A DNA stretch of 64,000 nucleotides from positions 26,727 through 90,726 of the forward strand of contig JAGASL010000006.1 in assembly GCA_017621755.1 (NCBI GenBank), given 5' to 3'. The position numbers and the translations under genes are program-made. This document shows positions 1 to 10,674 of this stretch, piece after piece. The notes beneath the pieces were generated by a model that saw nothing but the letters and a program-made list of their open reading frames with translations, was not told the origin of the DNA and ran no database searches. The first letter of the stretch is position 1, and each line of letters begins with the position of its first letter. This DNA is from Clostridia bacterium. Lineage in GTDB: Bacteria > Bacillota > Clostridia > Oscillospirales > CAG-272.

Positions 1-298
1 GAATGCTGACGGTGTTGTGGGCATCAGCATGGCACCACGCCACCTTTCCACAGGCGAGCGCTGCAGCATTGCAGACGTGATCGCACACATCGAACACTTT
101 TGCTCGCTTGGCGGTGAAAATCACATTTGCCTTGGCTGCGACTTCGACGGGATCGATGCCACGCCGGCCGGGCTTGAATATGTAGACCGTCTTCCCCGCC
201 TGGCATCTGAAATGTCTCGCCTTGGCTACCGCGACGAACAGATCAACAAGATCTTTTTTGAAAACGCGCAGCGTTTCTTGTTCAAATACGTAAAATAA
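1..298 (+). CDS. Membrane (renal-type, M19) dipeptidase family protein, C-terminal part; 5' end lies outside the window
   Basis: Frame is open from base 2 (NADGVVGI...). Contains HIEH...LGCDFDG and the typical C-terminal 'LGY.DEQINKIFFENAQRF' of amidohydrolase-fold dipeptidases. Confidence 0.8.
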   Translation, partial: NADGVVGISMAPRHLSTGERCSIADVIAHIEHFCSLGGENHICLGCDFDGIDATPAGLEYVDRLPRLASEMSRLGYRDEQINKIFFENAQRFLFKYVK

Positions 299-303
299 AA
301 AGC

Positions 304-330
304 GGCAGACCGGACACATGCCGGTCTGCC
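304..330. terminator. Intrinsic terminator-like hairpin between convergent genes
   Basis: GGCAGACCGG (304-313) / CCGGTCTGCC (321-330) perfect 10-bp stem, with an A-run on the left side. Confidence 0.65.
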
Positions 331-341
331 ATTCATGCAGA

Positions 342-524
342 TTAAGACTCCTTCGGCTTGAAGGTAGCGCACACCGTTTCGCTACTGGATAACGCATAGC
401 TGGGACCTACAGCAATCTGCTCGGCCATGCAGCAGTTACCCCCCTCGTGGTATACACAATTGCGTACATCACAGACAATTCCCTTGTTTGGCTTGCTGCT
501 GCAGTCTTTTCTTTCGTTTTCCAT
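342..524 (-). CDS. DUF1540-type small Cys/His protein (60 aa), probably spore-associated
   Basis: MENERKDCSSKPNKGIVCDVRNCVYH...C.AEQIAVG...TVCATF matches the C-x4-C-x2-H...C...C-x-TF pattern. GGGAGG RBS precedes the ATG at 524. The longer track ORF to 662 is over-extended. Confidence 0.85.
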   Translation of the reverse strand: MENERKDCSSKPNKGIVCDVRNCVYHEGGNCCMAEQIAVGPSYALSSSETVCATFKPKES

Positions 525-557
525 GTTTTTTGTCCTCCCATCATTTGGATTTGCTAT

Positions 558-586
558 TATTCTGTCCGTGATTCGGAGATTTATAC
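558..586 (-). promoter_or_regulatory. Putative forespore sigma-G/sigma-F promoter of the DUF1540 gene
   Basis: Minus strand reads GTATA-N17-CAGAATA (sigma-G consensus GHATR-N17/18-CATWHTA). GGACAGAATA also fits the sigma-F -10. Confidence 0.55.
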
Positions 587-603
587 TATATTCGGAGTTT
601 TTT

Positions 604-1344
604 ATGCTATATGTAATCGCAGATCTCCATCTTTCAACCATGGAAGGAATGAATAAATCCATGGAGATTTTCGGCCGTCGCTGGTCCGGCTACGTAGATA
701 AGCTGCGTAAATGCTGGCATGCAGTGGTAGAACCGGAGGACAGCATTGTTATCCCCGGAGACATATCCTGGGCGCTATCGCTGCAGGATGCCGTTTGCGA
801 CCTTCACTTCTTGGATGAGCTTCCCGGCCATAAATATATCGGCAAGGGAAACCATGATTTTTGGTGGTCTACCGCCGCAAAAATGGAAAAGCTTTTTACT
901 ACAGAAGGAATCACCTCTATTTCTCTGCTGAACAACAACGCTTGGCTGTGTGAGAATGATTTTATTTTGTGCGGCACGCGCGGCTGGTACCAGGAGGAAT
1001 CCTGCGATAACATGCCAAAGGAAGCTGATTTTGAAAAGCTGGTAGCGCGAGAGGCCATGCGTCTTCGCCTGAGCTTGGAGAGCGGAAAAGCCTTAGCAGC
1101 AGAAAACCCCGGCAGAGAAACGCTGGTCTTTTTACACTTTCCTCCCGTTTGGAACGGTCTACATTGCCAGCCCATCTTAAGCCTGCTGCACGAATACCAG
1201 ATCAAGCGGTGCTTTTTTGGGCACATCCATGGAAATTATACGGCACCGGCCAGTTTTCAAGAGGACGGTATACAATTTTCTCTGATCGCAGCCGATTTTC
1301 TGAATTTCTCTCCTCGTCCCATTCTCCCCGAATATTTTATTTGA
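604..1344 (+). CDS. Calcineurin-like metallophosphoesterase
   Basis: DLHL, PGDIS, GNHD, LHFPP and FGHIH motifs. ATG at 604 with GGAG upstream; the track start at 427 is over-extended. Confidence 0.9.
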   Translation: MLYVIADLHLSTMEGMNKSMEIFGRRWSGYVDKLRKCWHAVVEPEDSIVIPGDISWALSLQDAVCDLHFLDELPGHKYIGKGNHDFWWSTAAKMEKLFTTEGITSISLLNNNAWLCENDFILCGTRGWYQEESCDNMPKEADFEKLVAREAMRLRLSLESGKALAAENPGRETLVFLHFPPVWNGLHCQPILSLLHEYQIKRCFFGHIHGNYTAPASFQEDGIQFSLIAADFLNFSPRPILPEYFI

Positions 1345-1384
1345 TCAAAAACAAGCAAAACATAACAAAAATAGCAAAATCTGC

Positions 1385-1413
1385 TTGACAAAGCTATCTT
1401 TGTGCTGTAAAAT
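1385..1413 (+). promoter_or_regulatory. Sigma-A promoter of tig-clpP-clpX
   Basis: TTGACA-N17-TAAAAT. Confidence 0.75.
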
Positions 1414-1465
1414 AATATAGATGTAATTTTATAAAATATCCATTTTACTTTCGGAGGAAAAAAAC

Positions 1466-2749
1466 ATGAGTCTGACCAAAAAAACCAAATCCAAGGCTGT
1501 AAAAAACCAGTACGAGCTGGAAATCTCGGTAGATAGCGAAACCTTTGCTGCCGCCGTTGATGCTGCCTATCGCAAGAATGCTGAGAAGATCAACGTTCCC
1601 GGCTTCCGCAAGGGCAAGGCTCCCCGTGCGCTGATTGAAAAGATGTACGGCAAGGGCGTATTTTATGAGGATGCCATCAACGCCTGCATTCCTGATGCCT
1701 ACGAGGAAGCTATCAAGGAATCCAAGCTGGACGTTGTAGGCCAGCCTGATTTCGATGTTGTTTCTGCTGACAATAACGGGCTTGTACTGAAGGCTGTTGT
1801 TTTTGTAAAGCCTGACGTGAAGATCGAAAACTACCTGGGTATCGAAGTCGAGAAGAAGGTTGCCGAGGTGACCGATGAGGACGTAGAGGCCGAGATTACC
1901 CGTGCCCGCGAGCGCAACTCTCGCATTATTGACGTAACCGACCGTGCAGCCAAGCTGGAGGACAGCGTTAACATTGATTTTGACGGTTCTGTTGACGGCG
2001 TGCCCTTTGATGGCGGCAAGGCCGAAAAGTTTGATCTGAAGCTAGGCTCCGGCCAGTTTATCCCGGGCTTCGAGGATCAGGTTGTTGGTCACGCCATCGG
2101 TGATGAATTTGACGTTAACGTCACCTTCCCCGCTGACTACCACGCAGAGAACCTGGCCGGCAAGGCCGCCGTATTCAAGGTAAAGCTGAACGGCATCAAG
2201 GAGACCGAGCTGCCTGCTGCTGACGACGAGTTTGCAAAAGACGTTTCGGAATTTGATACCTTTGCTGAATATAGCGCCGACGTACGGGCAAAACTTCAGG
2301 AGAGAAATGAAAAGACCGCCGAGAACGAGTTTGAGGAAAAGCTGATCGATGCCCTGATCGAGAAGCTGGAGGCAGATATTCCCGAGGTTATGTTCGTAGA
2401 AGAGACCGACAATTTTGTACGCGACTACGAAAACCGCATGAGAATGCAGGGTCTGGATCTAGAGACTTACTTCAAGTTTACCGGCATGAACCTTGACGGT
2501 CTGCGCCAGCAGCTGCGTCCGCAGGCTGAAAAGCAGGTAAAGGTTCGCCTGGCTCTTGAAAAGATCGCTAAGCAGGAGAAGCTGACTGCCGCAGCAAAGG
2601 AGATCGAGGCTGAGTATAAGAAGATCGCTGATTCCTACAACATGCCCGTAGAAAAGGTAAAAGAGTTGATTGCAAAGGAAAACCTGGCCGCCGACCTGAA
2701 GGTAAAGGCCGCTATTGACCTGGTGAAGGAAAAGGCAATCATTAAGTAA
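1466..2749 (+). CDS. tig: Trigger factor
   Basis: [10 protein letters not shown] ribosome-binding motif; FKBP domain (FDGG...[12 protein letters not shown]); GGAGG RBS. Confidence 0.98.
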   Translation: MSLTKKTKSKAVKNQYELEISVDSETFAAAVDAAYRKNAEKINVPGFRKGKAPRALIEKMYGKGVFYEDAINACIPDAYEEAIKESKLDVVGQPDFDVVSADNNGLVLKAVVFVKPDVKIENYLGIEVEKKVAEVTDEDVEAEITRARERNSRIIDVTDRAAKLEDSVNIDFDGSVDGVPFDGGKAEKFDLKLGSGQFIPGFEDQVVGHAIGDEFDVNVTFPADYHAENLAGKAAVFKVKLNGIKETELPAADDEFAKDVSEFDTFAEYSADVRAKLQERNEKTAENEFEEKLIDALIEKLEADIPEVMFVEETDNFVRDYENRMRMQGLDLETYFKFTGMNLDGLRQQLRPQAEKQVKVRLALEKIAKQEKLTAAAKEIEAEYKKIADSYNMPVEKVKELIAKENLAADLKVKAAIDLVKEKAIIK

Positions 2750-2778
2750 TATCCGCACACGCAAAAGGAGGAACCCCC

Positions 2779-3363
2779 ATGGCATTGGTACCAATGGTCA
2801 TTGAAGAAACCAACCGCGGCGAACGGTCTTTTGATATCTATTCCCGTTTGCTGAATGACCGTATTATTTTTCTTGCTGATGAAGTGAATGACACAACTGC
2901 ATCTTTAGTTGTAGCACAAATGTTGTATCTCGAATCGGTTGACCCTGACAAGGATATCAACTTCTATATCAACAGCCCGGGCGGCTCTATCAGCGCCGGC
3001 ATGGCGATTTATGATACGATGAATTACATCAAATGTGACGTGTCTACAATTTGCATTGGCATGGCTGCCAGCATGGGGGCCTTTCTTCTCGCCGCTGGAA
3101 CGAAAGGCAAGCGTTTGGCGCTGCCAAACAGCGAAATTATGATCCACCAGCCCTTAGGCGGCATGCAAGGTCAGGCATCGGATATCAAGATCCATGCCGA
3201 TCATATTTTGCGCATTCGCGACAAAATGAATCGCATTCTTTCTGAAAAGACCGGAAAACCGCTTGAGGCCATTATAGCCGACACCGAGCGCGATAATTTC
3301 ATGACTGCCGACCAGGCCGCCGCATATGGCTTGATCGACAAGGTGATCGAAAAGAGAAACTAA
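2779..3363 (+). CDS. clpP: ATP-dependent Clp protease proteolytic subunit
   Basis: DIYSRLL, YINSPGG, GMAASMG, IMIHQP and RDNFM motifs. Confidence 0.98.
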   Translation: MALVPMVIEETNRGERSFDIYSRLLNDRIIFLADEVNDTTASLVVAQMLYLESVDPDKDINFYINSPGGSISAGMAIYDTMNYIKCDVSTICIGMAASMGAFLLAAGTKGKRLALPNSEIMIHQPLGGMQGQASDIKIHADHILRIRDKMNRILSEKTGKPLEAIIADTERDNFMTADQAAAYGLIDKVIEKRN

Positions 3364-3377
3364 TCTGAGGTAAATTC

Positions 3378-4712
3378 ATGTCTACTCCCACCACCCAAGA
3401 CGGCCACACGCCACGCTGCTGTGGCTTTTGCGGAAGAAGTGAGGATCAGGTTTTATTCTTGATTCCCTCCCCCCGCAACAACAATTTTTATATTTGCGAT
3501 GACTGCGTGGATGCATGCTCGGATTTTTTGAACGCCTCAGATGAATTAACTGCCGCAGCCACGGAGACGGCCCTTTCCTACGAAACGCTACCCAAGCCGA
3601 TGGAAATCAAAAGCATGCTGGATAGCTATGTAATCGGCCAGGACGAGGCAAAGCGAGTATTAGCCGTATCAGTTTACAATCACTACAAGCGCATCCTTTC
3701 CAAAGAGAAGAAAAACGGCAACACGCGGCGCAACAGCCAAGCTACAGCAAGCGAAGCCGAAGAAGAAACGGTTGAAATTCAAAAAAGCAACGTTCTCCTT
3801 CTCGGCCCTACCGGTGTTGGAAAAACCTATCTGGCCCAGACCTTGGCGCACAGCTTTCAGGTTCCTTTCGCCATTGCCGATGCTACCACATTGACCGAAG
3901 CAGGCTACGTTGGTGAAGATGTTGAGAACATTCTTCTTCGTTTAATTCAAGCCGCCGACTATGACGTCTCTTTAGCCGAAAAAGGCATCATCTATATCGA
4001 TGAGATTGACAAGATCTCGCGTAAGGGTGAAAACACCTCTATCACGCGCGACGTTTCCGGCGAGGGTGTGCAGCAAGCCCTGCTGAAAATTTTAGAGGGC
4101 ACCGTGGCCAACGTACCACCGCAAGGCGGTAGAAAACACCCCAATCAAGAATTTATTCAGATCAACACAGAAAACATTCTCTTTATTTGCGGCGGCGCCT
4201 TTGACGGTCTTGAAAAGATTATTGAAAAGCGCAAGGGCACGCAGGCTATTGGGTTTGGCGGTGAAATTTCAAACCGCAAAAACAAGTTAGCAAAGGGTGT
4301 TTTCCGTGACGTGCAATCGCACGATATTGTTAAGTTTGGTATTATTCCTGAGTTGGTAGGTCGATTGCCTGTTATTGTAACGCTGGAAAATTTAGACAAG
4401 GAGGCCTTGGTGCGCATTATGCGCGATCCCAAGAACTCCCTATCCAAGCAATACAAAAAGTTGTTTGAGTTAGACGGCGTTACGCTATCCTTTACCGACG
4501 AGGCTTATGATGCGATTGCCGCACAAGCCATCGAACGCGAGATCGGAGCAAGAGGCCTTCGCTCAATCATGGAAAACATGATGATGCAGCTTATGTACGA
4601 GATCCCCTCCCGTTCTGATATTTCTGCCGTTACCATTACGGCCGATTACGTAAACGGCAAGGGTGAGCCGCTTTACACATTCTGCAAAACAGAAGAAACT
4701 GCTGCTGTATAA
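3378..4712 (+). CDS. clpX: ATP-dependent Clp protease ATP-binding subunit ClpX
   Basis: N-terminal C4 zinc finger, [36 protein letters not shown] and the IGF loop. Confidence 0.98.
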   Translation: MSTPTTQDGHTPRCCGFCGRSEDQVLFLIPSPRNNNFYICDDCVDACSDFLNASDELTAAATETALSYETLPKPMEIKSMLDSYVIGQDEAKRVLAVSVYNHYKRILSKEKKNGNTRRNSQATASEAEEETVEIQKSNVLLLGPTGVGKTYLAQTLAHSFQVPFAIADATTLTEAGYVGEDVENILLRLIQAADYDVSLAEKGIIYIDEIDKISRKGENTSITRDVSGEGVQQALLKILEGTVANVPPQGGRKHPNQEFIQINTENILFICGGAFDGLEKIIEKRKGTQAIGFGGEISNRKNKLAKGVFRDVQSHDIVKFGIIPELVGRLPVIVTLENLDKEALVRIMRDPKNSLSKQYKKLFELDGVTLSFTDEAYDAIAAQAIEREIGARGLRSIMENMMMQLMYEIPSRSDISAVTITADYVNGKGEPLYTFCKTEETAAV

Positions 4713-4715
4713 CAC

Positions 4716-4753
4716 AAAGGCACTTGCCGTCTTTTTGCTGCAAGTGCCTTTTG
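4716..4753 (+). terminator. Intrinsic terminator after clpX
   Basis: AAAGGCACTTGC / GCAAGTGCCTTT stem followed by T-rich sequence. Confidence 0.65.
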
Positions 4754-4775
4754 CCTTTCTTTTATAAATAATCAA

Positions 4776-4808
4776 AAAAGCGAAAGAGGTTTTCCCTCTT
4801 TCGCTTTT
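4776..4808. terminator. Bidirectional intrinsic terminator (lipoprotein gene side)
   Basis: AAAAGCGAAAGAGG / CCTCTTTCGCTTTT perfect inverted repeat. Confidence 0.75.
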
Positions 4809-4818
4809 GTTTCAATTA

Positions 4819-6471
4819 TTAAGTCAAATCACCAAACGTATCTGTCCACCACTGGGAAAGTGCACCGGCCAAGGAACCGAGATCAAAATCGCCGGAACTG
4901 GTAAAGGTGTTTGTCAGTTCAGCAAAATACGAGGTGGAAGAGATCTCTGCGCTGGCAACAGCGAGATAATTCTCAAACTCGCTCATCGTTTCGCACGCAT
5001 ACAGGCGATCAAAGTAGAGGCCCGAAATTTCAGACATCTGCTCCCAAGCATCAGCATCTACTTCCTTCAAAGCAGAGCTTGCGCCGTATACACCGGAAAG
5101 CAGGGACTGCAGATTCTGCTGCTTTGCCGTCTCCCAAAGATCAAGCGGCATGCCCTCTTCAGGATAAGCCATCATTACGTTGCCGGTGTAAGCAATGTTC
5201 ATCATGTAATCCTGATTCAAGCGCTTAACGGCACCGTCATCATTCAGAAAATAATGGGTTCCCTCTACACCGTATTGCAGAACGTTGCGCAGCTCGCTAT
5301 CGCAGGTCAGATCCTTAATGATCTCCATAGAACGCTGCTCGCTTACCGTATAGCTGCTGATCGCAAACATGGAGCTAAATACGTCGGTATCCTCCAGACG
5401 AGGATATGCCAGCGGAACTACATAGTAATCATCGCTGTACTGCTCATAAAGAGAATAATCGCCGGTCAAAACACCAACGCCGAAGCTTTCCTGCGTGGTC
5501 TTGAAGTACCCATTCTCCTTGCAGTAGAACATCTCCTGCATGAAGGACTTGTAGCTGCCGGCAGCAAAGAGATTAGAAACAACAGGGGCGAAGGCGGGTC
5601 CGCATTCGATCGTTGCCGTAGGATACAGAGTCGAGATAACCGACTTGCCGCTTGCATCCTTATTCCAATACTTAACAAGCGGATAATCGGCCATGCCATA
5701 CATAGGCGCGATAACACTGGTATCCTCCTTTTCAGCGATCAGATCGATCAGCTGAGCAGCAGGTGTGCCAACGCCAAAGGAGGTGAAGGTGGCAGGATCG
5801 AAGTAATACTTATCAGCCATCTCACGGTTTACCATGAGGAAGGTGTATTCACCGATCATCTGGTTGTTCGGAACGGCAAAAAATTCTTTGTTCTTTGCTT
5901 CGCCATCCTTACTTACCTTGGAATTCTCCAAAATGTTATTATAAACGTAACGGCCAATGATCTTGTACGTATTCGTCAGTGCATCGTTTAGAGAAAGCAG
6001 GCGCTCTTTCTTTACGTATTCCATCAGCATATCCTCGCCTGTGATCAGCAGGATATCCATCTGGTATGTACCAACCTCGGGATAATCAAGAACCAGCATG
6101 CCGTCGTCATCCAACTTATAGGATTCCTCTTTCGTTACCGGCTTGATTGGCGTACCCTCCGGGCGGCTATCAACCTTCTTGAAGTGCGCATCTACCTTCG
6201 CCTTATACTCATCTTCCGTGCAGAATACCAGATCAACGTGCGTGGTATACTTCGTCTCGGTCAAATCGTTAAAGGCCTTTTCAACTGCAGCCTCCGTCTC
6301 TGCTGACAGCTTGTTTTCGGAAATGATCCACATGCTGATGGTAACAGCCTCGCGCGATGTGTTGACGTTGGAATTGGTATCTACTTCCTCTTCCTCAGCA
6401 CAACCGCTCAGCATCCCTGCAGTGAAAACCATCGCAAGACAGAGCAACAGGCATAACAATTTTTTCTTCAT
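4819..6471 (-). CDS. Lipoprotein, divergent ABC sugar-binding protein-like (orphan)
   Basis: MKKKLLCLLLCLAMVFTAGMLSGC signal peptide and lipobox. C-terminal 'AISS...RSMEII...ELRNVLQYGVEGTHY' resembles clostridial extracellular solute-binding proteins. Confidence 0.7.
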   Translation of the reverse strand: MKKKLLCLLLCLAMVFTAGMLSGCAEEEEVDTNSNVNTSREAVTISMWIISENKLSAETEAAVEKAFNDLTETKYTTHVDLVFCTEDEYKAKVDAHFKKVDSRPEGTPIKPVTKEESYKLDDDGMLVLDYPEVGTYQMDILLITGEDMLMEYVKKERLLSLNDALTNTYKIIGRYVYNNILENSKVSKDGEAKNKEFFAVPNNQMIGEYTFLMVNREMADKYYFDPATFTSFGVGTPAAQLIDLIAEKEDTSVIAPMYGMADYPLVKYWNKDASGKSVISTLYPTATIECGPAFAPVVSNLFAAGSYKSFMQEMFYCKENGYFKTTQESFGVGVLTGDYSLYEQYSDDYYVVPLAYPRLEDTDVFSSMFAISSYTVSEQRSMEIIKDLTCDSELRNVLQYGVEGTHYFLNDDGAVKRLNQDYMMNIAYTGNVMMAYPEEGMPLDLWETAKQQNLQSLLSGVYGASSALKEVDADAWEQMSEISGLYFDRLYACETMSEFENYLAVASAEISSTSYFAELTNTFTSSGDFDLGSLAGALSQWWTDTFGDLT

Positions 6472-6529
6472 ATGTGTCCTCCTGGAAATCAAAAGCGCCC
6501 TCAAGCGAGCCTTGTCTAATCACTATATT

Positions 6530-6558
6530 ATTTTACTACATCTTTGTCAGAATGTCAA
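6530..6558 (-). promoter_or_regulatory. Sigma-A promoter of the lipoprotein gene
   Basis: Minus strand TTGACA-N17-TAAAAT. Confidence 0.65.
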
Positions 6559-6683
6559 GGTCATTTCGGCTTTCAACTATGATTTTTTTGTGAATTTTGC
6601 CGACCAATACATCCTTTACCAAGATGGCATTGGCAAAGTGCACAAAAGCGGGGTTCTATTTTTGTACAACACCACCAACAGGA

Positions 6684-7769
6684 TTATTCGAGGTAGTCGC
6701 GCAGCAGCTTCGAGCGGCTGGGATGACGAAGCTTTCTCAGCGCCTTTGCCTCTATCTGACGAATACGCTCACGCGTAATATTGAACTCCTTGCCTACCTC
6801 CTCCAGGGTGCGAGCACGGCCATCCTCTAAGCCAAAGCGAAGCTTCAAAACCTGCTCCTCACGAGGGGTCAACGTACGAAGAACAGAGCAAAGCTGCTCA
6901 CGCAGGAGCGAATAGGAAGCGGTATCGGCCGGTGCCGGAGAATCGTTGTCCTCTACAAAATCGCCCAGATGGCTATCCTCTTCCTCGCCAATCGGCGTTT
7001 CTAAGGATACCGGATCCTGCGCGATCTTCATAATCTCGCGCACCTTGTCGGTCGACATGCCGATCTTTTCTGCAATCTCCTCCGAGGTGGGTTCTCTTCC
7101 CAGCTCCTGCAGCAGCTGGCGCGCCGTGCGGGATACCTTGTGAATCGTTTCTACCATGTGCACCGGAATACGGATCGTCCGCGCCTGGTCTGCAATCGCG
7201 CGGGTGATTGCCTGGCGAATCCACCACGTTGCGTAGGTAGAAAACTTATATCCCTTATGATAGTCAAACTTTTCAACCGCCTTCATCAGACCAAGATTTC
7301 CCTCCTGGATCAGATCAAGGAAATACATGCCCTTACCCACATGACGCTTGGCAATGCTGACAACCAGACGCAGGTTTGCCTCAACCAGCTCGTCCTTCGC
7401 TTGCTTATCACCAAGAGCAATCCGCTCAGCCAGATACATTTCACGCTCGCTGTTCAGAAGCGGAATTTTGCCGATCTCCTTCAGGTACATGCGAACCGGA
7501 TCGTCAATGGCAAGGCCCTCCTGCGCCAAGAGCTTTTCCATCTCCTCGGCGCTTGAAAAGCTCTCCGACTCTGCATCCCCGCCTTCACCAAACGGCTGCG
7601 CATCACCCTCGCCAACACCGTTACTTTCAAGCGACTCATAGATCTTCTCCATCTGTTCGATATCATAATCGATATCCTCCAGAACCTCCATAATGTCGCT
7701 GCTGGTGATCGAGCCGGCGCCGGTCTGCTCAATAATCTCGTTTACATCCAATTTTTTCCCATCACTCAT
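6684..7769 (-). CDS. rpoD: RNA polymerase primary sigma factor (SigA)
   Basis: [36 protein letters not shown] and [17 protein letters not shown] motifs; located downstream of dnaG. Confidence 0.98.
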   Translation of the reverse strand: MSDGKKLDVNEIIEQTGAGSITSSDIMEVLEDIDYDIEQMEKIYESLESNGVGEGDAQPFGEGGDAESESFSSAEEMEKLLAQEGLAIDDPVRMYLKEIGKIPLLNSEREMYLAERIALGDKQAKDELVEANLRLVVSIAKRHVGKGMYFLDLIQEGNLGLMKAVEKFDYHKGYKFSTYATWWIRQAITRAIADQARTIRIPVHMVETIHKVSRTARQLLQELGREPTSEEIAEKIGMSTDKVREIMKIAQDPVSLETPIGEEEDSHLGDFVEDNDSPAPADTASYSLLREQLCSVLRTLTPREEQVLKLRFGLEDGRARTLEEVGKEFNITRERIRQIEAKALRKLRHPSRSKLLRDYLE

Positions 7770-7808
7770 GATTTGAACCTCTTTTATTTGTCATTTACTT
7801 TGTTGTAT

Positions 7809-9575
7809 TTATTCGTCATTTTTGCGGCGATCGATCAGGGCCGCCAGACTTGACAGGGTGACACCGTCGCTCCGCTCTCTTGCTGCGGCAATCGCCTCAC
7901 GCAAGCATCTCACGCTTTCCAAAAAAACATCGTCGCCATTATCGGTCAGCTGCATTCTTGCGATTTTCATATGCGTGATGCGCCCAACCTCGTCAGCAGA
8001 AAAGCTCTCGTTCAGAAGCTCGGTTGCATCTTCGTCCTCTACGTGCGCTTGCAGATAGGAATAAACTTTTTTTCCGAACTCGGTAAAGAAGTCATCTTCT
8101 CGCAAATTGATCTCTGCCGTAAAGGCACGCTTTCTGTGGCCAATTTGCAATAGCATCAAGCCAAGCACGGCCTCCTCTGCCCTGGCAGCCGCCGGATTTT
8201 TGACAAAATCCGCGTTTACCTTATCGGCAAAGCCGGCAGCCGACTGATGTATTTTCTGCGTTTCTTGCTGTTTGTATGCACTTTTCTTTTTGGCAATCAT
8301 ACGCCCAACGTCCTGGCGGATGCTTTCTTGCGACACGTCTGTGCGCTTTGCAACCTCGGCAATATAGACATCGCGCTCTGCCGAGGAATAAAAACCGGAA
8401 ATTAGCTCGCACATGGCATTGATCGCCTTGATCTTTTCCTGCGGAACCGTTATATCGTGCTTGCTGAGAATGGATTCAAAATAATATTCAAACTTTGTGC
8501 GACTCTCCTCAAGCAGACTGCGAAACTTTTCAGCACCGAATTTTTTAATAAACTCATCCGGATCCTTGGCTCCATTCAACCGCAAGAGCTTTACCTCTAG
8601 CCCTACGTCACCAAACATCTTGACAGCACGATCTGCCGCCTTGCGACCAGCATCGTCCATATCATAGGAAATAATGACCTTTTTGGTATATCGGGTCATC
8701 ATACGTGCCTGGTCCTCTGTCAATGCCGTTCCCAGCGTAGCAACAGCATTGGTAAAGCCAGCCGCATGCATGGCAATAACGTCCATATATCCTTCACAAA
8801 GGATCAGCTGTTCAGCGCATGCGGTGCGCGCAAAATTCAAAGCAAACAAATTTTTGCTTTTTTTGAAAACCGGCGTGTCAGACGAGTTTTTGTATTTCGG
8901 CTGACTATCATCCATAACGCGGCCGCCAAAAGCAATGATGTTACCGCTCAGGTCAATAATGGGAAACATCACGCGATTGCGGAAGGAGCTGTAAAGGCCG
9001 CCCCGCTCTGAGCGGCCGCACAAAAAGCCGGCGATCAGCTCGTCCTCGGTATACCCTTTTCCCTTCATGTGATTGAAGAAAACATCATATTCCGCTGGTG
9101 AGTAGCCTAAACCAAAGTGCGTGATCACCGCACGCGATAGGCCGCGCTTTTCCATCAGATAAGCTAAAGCGGCATGCGCACCAGGGGTGTTTTGGTACAA
9201 GGCACTATGAAAGAAGCGCGCAGCATCTCTGTTCATTTCAAACAGGCGCGTACGGTCATATCTCTTACCGCCAAATGTCTCAGGCGCGCGTTGTATACGA
9301 ATACCCGCGCGGCGCGCAAGAAACTCTACCGCATCCTCATATTCCAGATTTTCAATCTTCCGCACAAAGGTGATCGCATCACCACCTGCGCCGCAGCCAA
9401 AGCAATAGAAGCTATTGCTGGCAGAAAAAACGGTAAAGGACGGTGTTCGCTCGCTGTGAAACGGGCAAGAGCCGGTTTGATTAGAGCCGGTACGCTTTAG
9501 ACTGACGTATCCGCCGATCAGGGCAGCAAGATCGGTTCTTGCCAGAACCTCCTCAACGATTTCTTTTGCAATCAT
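7809..9575 (-). CDS. dnaG: DNA primase
   Basis: CPFH...CFGC zinc finger, FRNRVMFPI, FGGR, PKYKNS, CEGYMD TOPRIM motif, KDPDE. ATG at 9575 preferred. Confidence 0.97.
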   Translation of the reverse strand: MIAKEIVEEVLARTDLAALIGGYVSLKRTGSNQTGSCPFHSERTPSFTVFSASNSFYCFGCGAGGDAITFVRKIENLEYEDAVEFLARRAGIRIQRAPETFGGKRYDRTRLFEMNRDAARFFHSALYQNTPGAHAALAYLMEKRGLSRAVITHFGLGYSPAEYDVFFNHMKGKGYTEDELIAGFLCGRSERGGLYSSFRNRVMFPIIDLSGNIIAFGGRVMDDSQPKYKNSSDTPVFKKSKNLFALNFARTACAEQLILCEGYMDVIAMHAAGFTNAVATLGTALTEDQARMMTRYTKKVIISYDMDDAGRKAADRAVKMFGDVGLEVKLLRLNGAKDPDEFIKKFGAEKFRSLLEESRTKFEYYFESILSKHDITVPQEKIKAINAMCELISGFYSSAERDVYIAEVAKRTDVSQESIRQDVGRMIAKKKSAYKQQETQKIHQSAAGFADKVNADFVKNPAAARAEEAVLGLMLLQIGHRKRAFTAEINLREDDFFTEFGKKVYSYLQAHVEDEDATELLNESFSADEVGRITHMKIARMQLTDNGDDVFLESVRCLREAIAAARERSDGVTLSSLAALIDRRKNDE

Positions 9576-9577
9576 GC

Positions 9578-10582
9578 TTACCCCTTCCACACCTTGGGGA
9601 TAAAAATATCCTCATATTGCGCAATGGCATAGCGATCCGTCATGCCGGAAACGTAGTCGCATACACAGCGGCCAATGCCGTCGCGGCTAATATTCCTTTG
9701 ATAAAGAGCGGGCATTTTTTCAGGATTTTCACTGTAATACTGATACAAGCAAACCAAAAGATCCTTTGCCTTGTCCTCCTCTGCCTTAGCAAGGGAATCC
9801 ACGTATACGTTCTTTTTTAAGAAATCGCGCAGCGCCATGGTCGCCTGGTAAATTTCCGGCGTCATGTTGATCGCATTCGTGTCACGGCTGGCCTCGATCA
9901 CGGAAATAACCATGGTATTAATGCGCTCGCTGTGCGAGCTGCCAAGAATCTTTACCAGCTCTACTGGGATATCATCGGGCGTTAAAATGCCCGCGCGGCA
10001 AGCATCGTCAATATCATGATTGATGTAGGCAATACGATCGGCAAATTTCACGATCACGCCCTCCAGCGTGCTCGCCATGCAATCACCGGTGTGGTTCAGA
10101 ATACCGTCACGCACCTCGTAGGTGAGATTCATGCCCTCTCCGTCATTTTCTAAAAAATCTACAACACGCAGGCTCTGCTTATAGTGTGTAAAATCGGGTG
10201 AAAAGCATCTCTGCATAGCAGATTCACCGGCATGACCAAACGGCGTGTGGCCAAGGTCATGTCCCAGTGCCGCCGCCTCACAAAGATCCTCATTCAAGCG
10301 CAGGGCGCGCGCAATAATGCGCGCCACCTGGGTAACCTCCAGCGTGTGCGTCATACGGGTACGATAATGCTCATCTGTGGGAGAAAAGAACACCTGTGTC
10401 TTATGCATGAGACGGCGAAAGGATTTGCAATGCAGGATCCGATCACGGTCTCGCTGAAATTCCGTGCGGTTTTGGCAGGGCTCGATCTCCTTTTCCCTAC
10501 CACGGGTGCTTTTTGTCAAAAAGGCGTATGGGGACAAATATTCTTCTTCTCTTTTCAAAAAAAGATCGCAAACGTTTTCCAT
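9578..10582 (-). CDS. Deoxyguanosinetriphosphate triphosphohydrolase-like HD protein
   Basis: RTEFQRDRDRI, FRRL.HKTQV, RTRMTHTLEV, HDLGHTPFGHAGE and DYVSGMTD motifs. Confidence 0.95.
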   Translation of the reverse strand: MENVCDLFLKREEEYLSPYAFLTKSTRGREKEIEPCQNRTEFQRDRDRILHCKSFRRLMHKTQVFFSPTDEHYRTRMTHTLEVTQVARIIARALRLNEDLCEAAALGHDLGHTPFGHAGESAMQRCFSPDFTHYKQSLRVVDFLENDGEGMNLTYEVRDGILNHTGDCMASTLEGVIVKFADRIAYINHDIDDACRAGILTPDDIPVELVKILGSSHSERINTMVISVIEASRDTNAINMTPEIYQATMALRDFLKKNVYVDSLAKAEEDKAKDLLVCLYQYYSENPEKMPALYQRNISRDGIGRCVCDYVSGMTDRYAIAQYEDIFIPKVWKG

Positions 10583-10674
10583 AAAGCCCTCCCTCGTAAT
10601 ATGCCTTTTATAATAAGATACTCCGTTTTTTCAAAAAAGACTCTTTTTCGCGTAAAAAAACCGTTTTACATTAA

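Noticed and set aside
4807-5991. 394-aa ORF antisense to the lipoprotein gene; similar ORFs at 17244-18164, 51167-52165 and 54938-55717
   Set aside because: Antisense shadows of well-supported genes, with no expression signals or recognisable domains.
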